A stretch of 64,000 nt of DNA from the human T2T-CHM13v2.0 reference genome, Homo sapiens, in assembly GCF_009914755.1 (NCBI RefSeq), contig NC_060927.1. One strand, given 5' to 3'. The notes below the pieces were generated by a model. The model ran no database searches. It saw only the letters and a program-made list of their open reading frames with translations, and had not been told where the DNA came from. Of the stretch, positions 52,761 to 64,000 are shown in pieces; within the stretch, counting starts at the first letter, position 1, and each line of letters begins with the position of its first letter. The position numbers and the translations under genes are program-made.

Positions 52761-54379
52761 ATAGAAGGCAGGAGCAGGAGTGGTAAATAGAATATATCTA
52801 GGGCACTGTGGACCAGAGTTAAAATGTTAAGGTACAGACCTAGTCTCAGCTCTGCCACTATTTTCTTCATGTGTAAACTGGGTATTTTAGTGTTTTTTAG
52901 AATGTCTTATAATGTTTCTGTAAAGATTCTTTATCTAATTGGCAAGAAAATGCTCTGTAAAGTATAAGTAAAATAAAAAAAGGAGTAAACAGATTAAAAT
53001 AAACATGAGATTTTTTAAAGATTTAATTAAAATATTTAGTTTCACCAGCTTGAAGCACAACTATGTTTAGATCACTTCTGTTGTTTTCATTAATTACTTG
53101 AGCTCCCACAGACTCTATTAACAAGCAGTCTAATACTTCTTACTTGAAACTCTCCCACTTCTCTCAATCCTCAAGTGATAACACAAACTCTAGCTGCTAG
53201 TTCAGTCCAATGGGGCAGATGCCAAGCCTAGAGAATTAGAGAGTTTAAGCAGATCTGTTCCTGCTGTGGCCTCTCCTGCTGCAATAGCATGGATTCACTT
53301 TTGAAAATACATCTTACACAGTCTAGTGAACAGCCACTGGTGCAATATTGCCTTGCTCGAATTTCAGATCCTTGTGTGGGTTGCAATGGTGCCCATACTT
53401 GGGCTCCCAAAGTTAGATGTCTTTCAGCTGTACACTCATAGGCAAAGTTACTATTTATTTGCAGGGACACCATGAAACACAGAATTCTGTCCAAATGGAC
53501 TTCGACCTGTAGCCCCCATCCTGTTTCTAGGTACTCAGTGCTAAACCTGAGGCCAGACCATCTATGTTATTTAATGCTCACATCCCCCTTGGGTATGTAA
53601 AGACTATCAAAGAGACTCTACTACTATTGACTGGATGGATGGTCTTATATCCCTTTCCATCCAAGAAGACTCCTCAGCTCTAGTACAAATGTGCCACTTA
53701 CTTTCCAGAGGTTTACCTGGCTACCAAATAGATAGGAAGAATCAGCCTTTGCCAGGTGCAAATTGTCCTAGTCTTTCTTCCCACAGAGGTAGATGTCTAC
53801 TGTCTTTATATTTGCCTAATCACATACCGCTACTCAAGTATTCTTGGATGAGTCAAAGAGGTTGTGTACCAAGAAGACTTTCTCTGTAGATGAAAAAAAA
53901 TTCAGACTTATTTCAGTAAAATAACGTTCTAAGTAATGCCTCATAGAGCCCCTGCTATACAAGTAATTTTCTGTAATTTTTCTACTATTGCAGTTTTCAA
54001 ATTCACTCCCTAAGTAGCCCATCTCTGTTTTAAGATTTGGTTCCAAAATCACCTTTCTCTCTCTGACCAAGGATTTCTTTCTTACTACCCCTACTCCCTA
54101 TGCTGGGGCTTGGTATGTTAATGTACTTATAAAATTGGTGAAAACAAGTTATGTATTGATGAATATGAACCTATAGAGTTAAATATAATGTATCAGTTGT
54201 GTTTCCTGGGTTAGAAGTATGCAGTCTACATAAAAGGGATTCTTTATCCCTTGTCTTCCCACTCCATCATAGGGTTTGAATTCCAGGCCCTGACACATCC
54301 TGATTATATTGCCTTGTTGAGGAAGGAAAATATTTGACTTAGTAGAGTTTCTGTCTTTGTCTATTTTTAATCATTAAAT

Positions 54380-55310
54380 ACTGCTGCTCTTTTTTTTCCT
54401 TTTCAACATCTCTTGCATGGATTATTATAATGCTTCACTAACTGGATTTCTTCTCTCCAGTCTTACTCTTCTCAAATCCATCCTCTGTATTGCAATGATC
54501 AACTGATTTAGAGTTCTAATATCACTATGTTCTATTTCTATTCTCAGTAAGTCCCCGTCATATTCAGACAAAGGAAGCCAGTTTCTCAACGTGGCTTACT
54601 TCACTTACCATCCCAGTGCTTCCTCCCAATTTACACTGTTCTTTATCAAATTTCTCCCTTGCTTTTTTTTTTTTTTTTTTTTTGACAGAGTCTTGCACTG
54701 TTGCCCAGGCTGGAGTGCAGTGGCGTGCAACTCTCTCGGCTCACTGCAACCTCTGCCTCCCGAGTTCAAGCGATTCTCCTGCCTCAGCCCCCTGAGTAGC
54801 TGGGATTACAAGCATGTGCCACCATGCCCAGCTAATTTTTGTATTCTTAGTAGAGACAGGTGTTTCACCATGTTGGCGAGGCTGGTCTTGAACTCTTGAC
54901 CTGGTGATCCACCTGCCTCAGTCTCCCAAAGTGCTAAGATTACAGACATGAGCCACCATGCCCGGCCTCTGCCCTGCTTTTCAAAGTTTCCCTCAGATAC
55001 TATGTCATTCCTTGTCTCCATTTCTTTGGCTGATGAAAATTTCTCCCTGGAATTCTCCTCTTCCTTTCCTTACTTGATTAACTCATACTCACTGTTTAAG
55101 ACAACTTTCGTAGTTGCACATTCTCATGATTCCCATAATATTGTGATCTATTTCTGTTGCCGAACTGCCTTATTATTTCATCACTATCTGTTCATATTTC
55201 TCTGGCAGGAATGAATGAGTGATTTGAGGACACAGATTCTCTTTTCAAACTTTTATCTTCAGGGACTGGTGCATAGTAGAAACTCAATAACTGCTGAAGA
55301 AATGAATCTT
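54380..55310 (+). mobile_element. L2 LINE 3' part (interrupted by Alu)
   Basis: ggattattataatgcttcactaactgg...tccatcctct...; 3' end ctggtgcatagtagaaactcaataactgctgaagaaatgaat. Confidence 0.7.
54663..54967 (-). mobile_element. AluS (Sx/Sq-like), full length
   Basis: Dimeric Alu with T20 tail; TSD TCT(C/G)CC(T/C)TGCTTTT. Confidence 0.95.
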
Positions 55311-55875
55311 TAGTATGGAAGTCCTAATGTCTAACTCAAAGGTTAATTCTGAAACTTAAATGAGGTAACGTATATTGAAATGGCTGGATTTGACTTTATC
55401 ACATCACAGTCATTCAGTACATGTTGTATTTTCTTCCACTTACAATGAGCTGCATAAAGCACATATTAAAGTTTAGGAAAGAAGGTTCACAATTGAAATT
55501 GTGCTGATAATACTACTCGTATTTCTTCTAAAGCCTTGTGGACATTTTGACTACTAGTCCTGAAATTGACCTATTGGAAGACTTTCAAAAACATCATCCA
55601 TGATGACATTACATGACCATTTTAACAAAAGACAGTACACCCTAAATTGACAGCCATTGGGTTCAATTTCTCTCTTGTAACTGATCTTACCATTATTTCT
55701 ATGTTCTACAGCTCAGATCAGCAATCATATCCTAACAGAAAATAGGTCACTTCTCAGGTCTGCTATGCGACTCTGAGTTAACTGGGAAGCTTAAGGTAGG
55801 ATGAGTTCAATGTAGCTCAAAGTAGCCAGTGGGGAAGACTGGGAATTGGGAAAGTTGAAGGACTTGTTTCTCTCA

Positions 55876-56038
55876 CTTTTTTGTTTCTAGCTTTAATGGG
55901 GTATAATTGACAACTAAAAGTTAATTGACAAATAAAAGTTGTACATAGTCAAGGTATACAACAGGATTTTATATATGTATATATTATGAAATGATTACCA
56001 CAATCAAATTAACACATCTTTCTCCACACATAGTTCCC

Positions 56039-56079
<41 letters not shown>

Positions 56080-56145
56080 TGAGGACACTTAAGATCTACT
56101 GTCTTCACAAATTTCAAGTAAACAATAAGCAGTTATTTATCTGAG
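55876..56145 (-). mobile_element. L1MA9-like 3' end fragment
   Basis: gctttaatggggtataattgaca...gaaatgattaccacaatcaa...gtgaggacacttaagatctact...aaatttcaagta. Confidence 0.85.
56041..56077. repeat. (TG)~18 microsatellite within L1 3' UTR
   Basis: Direct reading. Confidence 0.97.
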
Positions 56146-57203
56146 TTATGCTTACAGCATTTTTTCTCTTCTTTCCATTTTATTTCTCTTCCAAAAAGCA
56201 GAAATGAATGGTATCCTTCTGTCTTAATGTGTGAACTCTACCATTTATTAGCTGTATAACTCTGGTAAGGCCTTTAACCTTTTTGAAATGAACTTCAGTT
56301 TTCTCATCTAAATAAATGGAATCCTTATGCCCATCTTATCCACAGAGCTATTGTAAAAATGTGTATATAAAAGCCCTTTTTAAGCCTCAAAACACAATGA
56401 ACAGGTAAGGGGCTACAATTAAGTTTTCCCTTTCAGAAAAATTTCTCCCTCCCATAATATTTCGATGGCTTTTAGAATACGGATTAAGCCATGAATTGTC
56501 TTTTATGAGTTTTGTAAGCTGGCATATAGAGCATGATAATAAATTGTAAATAATCACAAAAACATTGTCTCAGTAGGTAAATTTGGCCTCCCAAAGTGTC
56601 TTTTGTGTAGTCAAATGTTGCCTTTTATCCAAATGTCTCACAGCATTTTGAAAGTAGATTATGTGTGACACATACCAAACTCATTCTGTCCCCATCACTC
56701 TATCACCACCTTTCTAAAGAAACGGTTGTTTAAAACCCCAGGCTACCATCAATCAGAAGCAAATAAAGAATATTTTCACCTTCTTGAAAATGACTGCAGC
56801 AGGCTGCTAGTAACTAGCTGATACTAGAGCCAATTCTTTCAGCGAGAATTATGTTCCAGGTGGCATGAAAGCTTACAGATGCATGTGACTTAGCTTTCTG
56901 GAATAATTTAGACATATCTTTATTTCAAGTTAGCAAGTGATGCAGTGATAGCAGGGATGAGGCTGGGGTAAAAGTCAAGAGGAAGAGCTAAGGAACAGCT
57001 GGGACCCATAGCTGCAAGATGGCTTCAATTTACCTGCCATTATGAGCCGGCAAATCGAATGCCAATGTGTGCCCAAGGTCAGAGCTCATAGATGAATAGC
57101 ACCACAGTTACACAGAGTGTGCTAGCATCAGTAATCAGAGTTGGAAGCCCTCACGTATTTCAGAGGTATTTCTGAAGTCCTTCCACTTAAAGAATTCTGT
57201 CCT

Positions 57204-57610
57204 ACAAACATGACATGTTCTCACTTATTTGTGAGATCTAAAAATCAAAACAATTAAACTCATGGACATAGAAGAAGGATGATTATCAGAGATTGGGAAG
57301 GGTAGTAGTGGCATGGGAGGAGTTACGAATGGTTAATAAATACAAAAAATAGAAAGAATGAATAAGATCTACTTGATAGCACAACAGGGTAACTATAGTC
57401 ATTAATAACTTCATTGCACATTTTAAAATAACATAAAGAATGTAACTGAATTATTTGTAACTCAAAGCATAAGTGCTTGAGGGAATGAAGACCACAATCT
57501 CCATGATGTGCTTATTTCACATTGTATGCCTGTATCAAAACATCTCATGTACCTCACAAATACATACATCTACTATGTACTCACAAAAATTGAAAATAAA
57601 ATAAATAATA
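57204..57610 (+). mobile_element. Short L1MA2-3-like 3' end insertion
   Basis: catgttctcacttatttgtg.gatctaaaaatcaaaacaatt...cctgtatcaaaacatctcatgtacc; TSD AAA(G/A)AATTCTGTCCT at 57189-57203 and 57611-57625. Confidence 0.9.
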
Positions 57611-57841
57611 AAAAAATTCTGTCCTGACTTCCTGATGCTTCTACAAGATAAAAGCCTTCCTAGGAAAAACTTTAAAAACATTTTTTAGGCGTAGGGAAAA
57701 AGCAGGACATGAGTAAGAGAAAAAGGTAAATTTCCGATCAGCAATTGCTTGGACGTTTCTCTGTCTTTCAAGTCCATGACTTGTGTTTCTAACATCTCAG
57801 TATAGTACTGCCGCTGGTCTCAAGAAAGAGAGAGTTTAGAG

Positions 57842-58041
57842 CAGAGAGTCTCAAACTTGAGTGAGTATCAGAATCACCTGGACAGAGCTTGCTAAAGTAC
57901 AGATGGCTGGGTTGGATGGACCCCACCTCCAAGGTTTCTGATCCAGAGGGTCTGGGGTGAGGTCTCAGAATTTGCATTTTTAACAAATTCCCAAGTGATA
58001 TTGATGCTTCTGGTCCTCATACCACACTTTAAGAAACACTG
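57842..58041 (-). mobile_element. MER5A (hAT-Charlie MITE)
   Basis: cag...tctcaaactt...atcagaatcacctgg...agaatttgcattt...accacactttaagaaacactg; perfect 8-bp TSD GTTTAGAG at 57834-57841 and 58042-58049. Confidence 0.93.
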
Positions 58042-59033
58042 GTTTAGAGTCCACTGGGCAAACCACAGACTTTTTGTTTGGGGGAAAGACCACTATCAAC
58101 ATGTAGTGGTCTGACCATGGCATTTCTCAGTAATAATTTCAATCATATAGGGAGAATTGTGGAGAGCAAATAGTAACTCTTTAGGTAATTGAAATCTGTA
58201 GAAAAGTCTTATGAAAAAAGGAAGCAACTGATAGTTCATAGCAGTGAGTAGGGCTCTTCAATTTATGCTTCAAGAGACTATTTTCTCTGTTTTTATTTAT
58301 TTTTATCTCAGTGCTGGAAAGTTCTTGGTTTAAGCCTTCAACCAGCAACTCCAGAGAGCTTTTCAATCTTGAATTTGCTAATACTCAGACCATGTTATGA
58401 TGGATTTTATTCTTCCCTCTAAGCTAAGCAGTGTAATTACAAAGCCAGCCCACTTTTTTTTTTGTTTGTTTTAAGAGAAAGTAACCCACTGTTCCTATGC
58501 TCTTTCTCATGATTACTGACATTGGAAAAGGGAAAGAAACTGAGATTAATTAGATCAGAGATGTTCAAACATGTTAATAGAAAGCCCTTATTTAGAAAAA
58601 ATCTTTATCAAGACCTCAATGGCAAAAACAGTTATATGTAGAACTACTCTGATAAAACACATAGTAGAAACTCCAGGTTATGTCAGACATATCTCCAAAT
58701 TCATGATGCCAAACAACCCCTTTTTGCAAACCCCTTAAGTTTGCAGGTGACACTTAACCCTTACAGTGACTAAGGTCTTGCCAATGTTCTAGAGAGAGCG
58801 TAAAGTCTAGGGAGGGGTATCTTAAAGTCAAGATCAATGACTTTTTGAACAATGCCTAGATTTTCCCAAGCTTTATTAGACATGGAAATCAGCAGTCTCT
58901 TGAGCAAGTTTCTAAGTGAGTGCAACACCATTCTTCCACAAAGATGCCTAAAAGGAACTCAGACCCAAGGGAACAAATGCAGGAGCAAGATCAGAAGGGG
59001 CTGCCCTTCACCTCCTCTGGTAATGCTCTAGAG

Positions 59034-59247
59034 AAGTGTTCAAAAAACTTTTTTGTGAAGGGCCAGATAGTAAATATTTCAGGCTTTTAGTGCCATGTGG
59101 ACTTTTTTGCATCTGCTCGACTCTGCCAGTTAGCACAAAAACAGCCACAAGCAACATGTCAACTTGGCTGTGTCTCAGGGAAACTTAATTTACTAAAATA
59201 GTACATGGACTTGGTTTTGCCCACAGGATCCAGTTTGTCTATTCTTG
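59034..59247 (+). mobile_element. MER58A (hAT-Charlie)
   Basis: aaacttttttgtgaagggccagatagtaaatatt...actctgcc...ggctgtgt. Confidence 0.85.
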
Positions 59248-59255
59248 CTCCACAG

Positions 59256-59454
59256 CAAGACTGTTTAATAGAACTTTTTGTGATAAAATAAATGTCCTGT
59301 ATCTGAGCTATCCAATATGGTAACTGCTAGTCACTTGTAACTATGAGCACTTGAAATTTTTAATTTCATTTTTAATGTTATGCTATTTTAATTAATTTAA
59401 ATTTCATTTTTAATATACACATGTGGTTAGTGGCTACCAGATTGGACAGTACAA
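59256..59454 (+). mobile_element. MER3 (hAT-Charlie), abutting MER58A
   Basis: aatagaactttt...tccaatatggta...gagcacttgaaat...cacatgtggttagtggctacc.gattggacagtaca. Confidence 0.85.
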
Positions 59455-59809
59455 TTCTAGATCAGATGATCTAGCTAAGTTCAGTGCCTAATGTTAAATG
59501 CCTATGTTCCTACTTTTTTGGTTCCCAAAACTTTATTTCTTAGAATACTGAAAATAATTTTATTTATACTGAGGGTTATTTTGTCTTGTGGTGGCTCTAC
59601 TAACAGTTCAACTAGGATTCTACAGATCAGTTGATTTGCAGTTTTCTTCAGTTAGATTAACGCACAATATTTTGGAGCTGAATTAAAAAGTATAATTTCA
59701 TTCATTATTCAACCAATATTTTATTTGAGTCTATTATGCACCAAACTCTCCACTGTGTGCTGAACTTATAACTATAAATTAGGTGGGCATGAACCCTACT
59801 CCTACAAAA

Positions 59810-60375
<566 letters not shown>

Positions 60376-61349
60376 TTGTATCCTTTGAGGACTAGGAAAG
60401 TCTAGTTGTCAATGGACATAAGAATATTATTTTAACAGTAATAGATATATGAATAATCTATCCCTACATAACTTGAAGCTGTGAGTGGAGTTTGGTAAAT
60501 TTTCAACTAGAGTAAAAGATGAAAGCAAATGAACTGTCTAAATTTTCTAAGAAAAAATATTTTTTAATAAGAAAAAAATTAAACATAGTGAAGTTTTCTG
60601 AATGTTGTCAAGAAACAGGAATAAACAAAATGGGAAAGCAGACAACTGTGGACTAATATCAACAAACTTTTGGAAGCTAGAACACAAATGTCATCAGCTC
60701 TCCTATCTCTTTTCAAAGTGCTTTTCAAGTGCTGGCAGAAGGGATGCCAAATATTCTGATCTAAGCTGCTGATAAAACAAACAAAATACTTACTGTACCT
60801 CAGAAGTTAAACTGGGGACTGCTGCTGAAAATAAAGGTGGTGTTTTAAAAGTCTGCACAATGTGCTGGTATGTTTCCATCCCTCCTTTCCTCTTGTGAAT
60901 CTTGGATGCCACCTGTCCCGGAACAGCACTAGACATTAGAAGCTTATTCTGAGAATATATTGTACCAGAGATGCTCTAAATTCAGGACATCAAACACAAC
61001 AGGAGTTAAGGGAGCCTGCCATATTGAGAGGAATGAGTGAAGGTCTTTCTAACTGAATGGGGAGACCAACAAACCCTTCTCATACTCACACCTAATAAAG
61101 CTAGTTATTGGGCTTATGTCTCTACCCTTTCATGCCACACTGAATATTGAAACTGTTCAATTTCTCCCAAGACAAAATTTCTAGAGAAACCCTATTGATA
61201 TGACACTTGTTAGGAGTCCATCCAAAAAGCTTGCAGGATCTGATCAGGTATCCAGTGGAACTGTAGAAGAAAAACACAGGGCTCCAGAAGAGATGGCTCC
61301 AGGAAGACAAAGTATTAGATTTTTTTAAATTGTGCAATCACTTGCTAAA

Positions 61350-61472
61350 AATTATTTAATTATTTTTAATTGACAGGGAATAATTGTATATATTATATAT
61401 TTATGGGGTACAACGTGATGTGTGTGTATATATATATAGAAATATATGATTAAATCAAGCTGATTGACATAA
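61350..61472 (-). mobile_element. L1MA 3' terminal fragment
   Basis: tttttaattgaca...taattgtata...atttatggggtacaacgtgatg...tgattaaatcaagct. Confidence 0.75.
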
Positions 61473-62231
61473 GAAATACTACTTAGATTAAATTTTTAAA
61501 AATTGAGGAAGGCAAGTATGCATTTTCTATTGGCTGAAACTCAGCAAACCGATATTCTAAATTGACTAAAAGAGTTTTAATAAATCAATGAATAAGAAAA
61601 TATACACTGTATTATTAAAAAGAAAGGATTAAACCACACAGGACACAAATTCAAAAATATTAGAAATAGAAACACTAAAATAAATGTGAACATAAACATG
61701 CATGAAGAAAAATGATTTGCCATATGTGTTAGAGTGTCAAGGATTTATTAGACTTACTGAGATCATCACTGCCACTAGAGATATTTGGGTGTCACCACTA
61801 TGACTAATATTTACTAAGCAAAGTAGGAAGTTGATAGGCTATTTATACCACAGTTTATATTACACCAAATTCTTAAGGGTTTGTTATCTCAAGTCTTACT
61901 TTTGGATATTTACATACTATTTTAAAGACATTAGCCTATTTTCAGGATGAGAGATTTTTTATGTTTGTTTTTATTATTGCCATTGACTATTACTTTAATG
62001 GAATTTGTTTATGATTTGTAAAATATTGTTGTATCTTTATAAATGTTTTTTCTCTTATCCCATTCTAGATAATATTTTCTTAGCGGCTAGTCATTTTCAA
62101 ATCGCTTTGGGAAATATGGGTTATTTGCTGATGTTTCTCAACAGTGGCTTCCTTTAAATTTGTTTTGCCAAAATGATCCTTCTACTCTGCAGGAAAACTT
62201 CCAAACTCCTTGACTCAAAAAGTCATTTGCA

Positions 62232-62922
62232 GTAAAGTGATTTTCTGTAGTAGTATGTTTTGATTCCTTGCTTTTTATTTTCTGTGTATCTATTTTATGT
62301 TTCCGTTTTGTTGTTATCATGTGGCTTATGAAAAGCATCTTATACTTGCAACAGGTTATTTTATGCCAATTACAACTTAATTGCAAAAATTCCCTAAGCT
62401 ATGCACTTTTACTTCACTGTCCCCACCTCACTTTGAACTTTTAATGTCACAATTTACATCTTTTTGTATTGCATATCCCTTAAAAATTGTTGTGAACTGG
62501 TCACAGTGGGATGTACCTGTAATACCAGCTACTCGGGAGGCTACGCAGAAGGATTGCTTTAGCCCAGGAGTTTGAGACCAGCCTGGGCAACATCATGAGA
62601 CCCCCCCCATCTCAGTTTTTAAAAAATATTGTGGTGATTACAATTTTTAATAGTTTTGATTTTTAACTTTCATACCAAAGATATAGGTAATTTTTATATC
62701 ATCATTATAGTATTAGAGTATTCTGAATTTGACTGTGTCCTTAATTTACCAGTGAGTTTTTATGCTACTTATGAGCCACCTTTCCTTTCAGCTTGAAGAA
62801 CTCCCTCTAGCATTTATTCTAAGGCAGGCCTAGTGATGATGAGCTCCCTCAGCTTTTGTTTGTCGAAAAGTCTTATCTATCCTTCATTTCTGAAGGACAG
62901 CTTTGCTGGATATAGTATTTTT
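62232..62922 (-). mobile_element. Inverted 5' segment of an old L1MA (ORF1 3' end plus inter-ORF spacer)
   Basis: Minus strand reads aaaatactatatccagcaaagctgtccttcagaaatgaagg...aagctgagggagctcatcatcactaggcctgcc...gaaaatcacttt; ORF 62138-62386 contains TTKRKHKIDTQKIKSKESKHTTTENH. Confidence 0.85.
62495..62620 (+). mobile_element. Alu monomer (FLAM_A-like) inside L1
   Basis: cctgtaataccagctactcgggaggct...gcccaggagtttgagaccagcctgggcaacat; degenerate TSD aaaa.ttgt.gtg. Confidence 0.85.
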
Positions 62923-64000
62923 AAACAACAAACAAAGACAGTAAGAAAGAAGAAATTGAAGAAACTATACAAAACAACTAGAAAACAGTGAACAAAATGG
63001 TAGTAGTAAGGCTTTACCTATCAATAATTACCTTGAGTGTAAATGGATTACATTTTTTCCAATCAGAATACATAGGGTGGCTGAATGGATAAAAAAACAG
63101 AACACAACAAAACTATGTGCTGCCTTCAAGAGACTCACTTCACCTATAAGGGCACACGCATAGTCTGAAAGTGAAGGGATAAAGAAAGATATTCCATGCA
63201 ACTGAAAATCAAAAGAGAGCAGAGTAGGTGTACCTAGGTAAAATAGACTTTAAATTACAAGCTGTAAAAAGAGACAAAGGGCATCATATAATGATAAGGG
63301 GGTCAGTTCAGCAAAAGGACATCACATACATATGTGTATATATATATATATATTTGTACACACATAACATATTATATATATATATACATAACATATTATA
63401 TATATATATATGCACCCAACATAGAAGCAACTAAATATAAAAAATCAAATATTAATAGATTTGAAGAGAGAGATAGACTGCAATACGATAATATTGGGGA
63501 ACTTCAATTCTCAACTTTCAGCAATGTACAGATTATCCAGACGGAAAACCAGCAAGGAAACATCGGATTTAAGCTACACTCTAGACCAAACACACCTAAG
63601 AGACATAAGCAAAACATTTCATCCATTCGCCACAGAATACACATTCTTCTCAACTGCACATAGATATCACCTCACTTCTGGTAGAATGACTATCATAAAA
63701 AAGACGAAAGATATCAAGTGTGGGCAAGGATGTGGAGAAAAAGAAACCCTTGCACATGCTGGTGGGAATATAAATTAGCTCGGCCATTATAAAAAGCAGT
63801 ATGGAGATCCCTCAACAAATTGAAAATAGAACTACTATGTGATCCAGCAATTCCAGTGCTGAGAATATTTCCAAAAGAAATGAAATCAGTATATTGAAAA
63901 TATATCTATACTCCCATGTTTATTGTAGCACTATTCACAATAGCCAAGACATGAAATCAACCTAAGCGACCATCAACAAATAACTGGATAAAGAAAATGT
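62923..64000 (+). mobile_element. Old L1MA ORF2 (EN domain joined to C-terminus by a large internal deletion); runs off the window
   Basis: ORFs 63228-63434 (KIDFK...KRDKGHHIMIRGSVQQKDI) and 63461-63778 (NTIILGNFN...EYTFFSTAH|RYHLT...CGQGCGEKETL). Confidence 0.9.

Noticed and set aside
52337-52870. Overlapping ORFs of 81-107 aa in the repeat-free block
   Set aside because: No similarity to proteins I recognise and no coherent exon boundaries; a regulatory reading is more plausible.
55712-55795. 84-nt + strand exon candidate (ttctacag|...aag|gtagga)
   Set aside because: Stop codons in all three frames; could only be a non-coding exon and nothing else supports it.
63330-63412. Duplicated ACATAACATATTATATATATATAT unit
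   Set aside because: Ordinary (TA)n slippage expansion within the L1 EN region.

Overview
Primate (human-like) nuclear genomic DNA: AT-rich, CpG-depleted, no CpG island, and dense in interspersed repeats (about a dozen Alu/FLAM copies, L1PA/L1MA/L1ME, L2, MIR, MaLR and ERV1 solo LTRs, hAT-Charlie MERs). I recognise no protein-coding exon, RNA gene or promoter. Every recognisable ORF in the track is L1 ORF2 debris or an Alu read-through, so this is intergenic or deep-intronic DNA, and I cannot name the locus. I see no evidence of a new gene-encoded system. The best non-routine signals are: (1) a 71-nt near-perfect hairpin made by an inverted duplication inside a solo LTR8; (2) several smaller template-switch-like scars (in an AluY, an MST LTR and an L1) plus a perfect 14-bp stem in unique DNA; (3) an old L1 with twin-priming-type 5' inversion geometry and an in-frame EN to C-terminal fusion; (4) an ORF2-less HAL1-like element nested as L2>L1>LTR8; (5) two repeat-poor blocks with enhancer-like motif clusters (SOXE dimer plus CArG; posterior HOX/CDX plus MEIS). 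Repeat subfamily names come from my recall of consensus sequences, not from a RepeatMasker run, and boundaries of old repeats are approximate.
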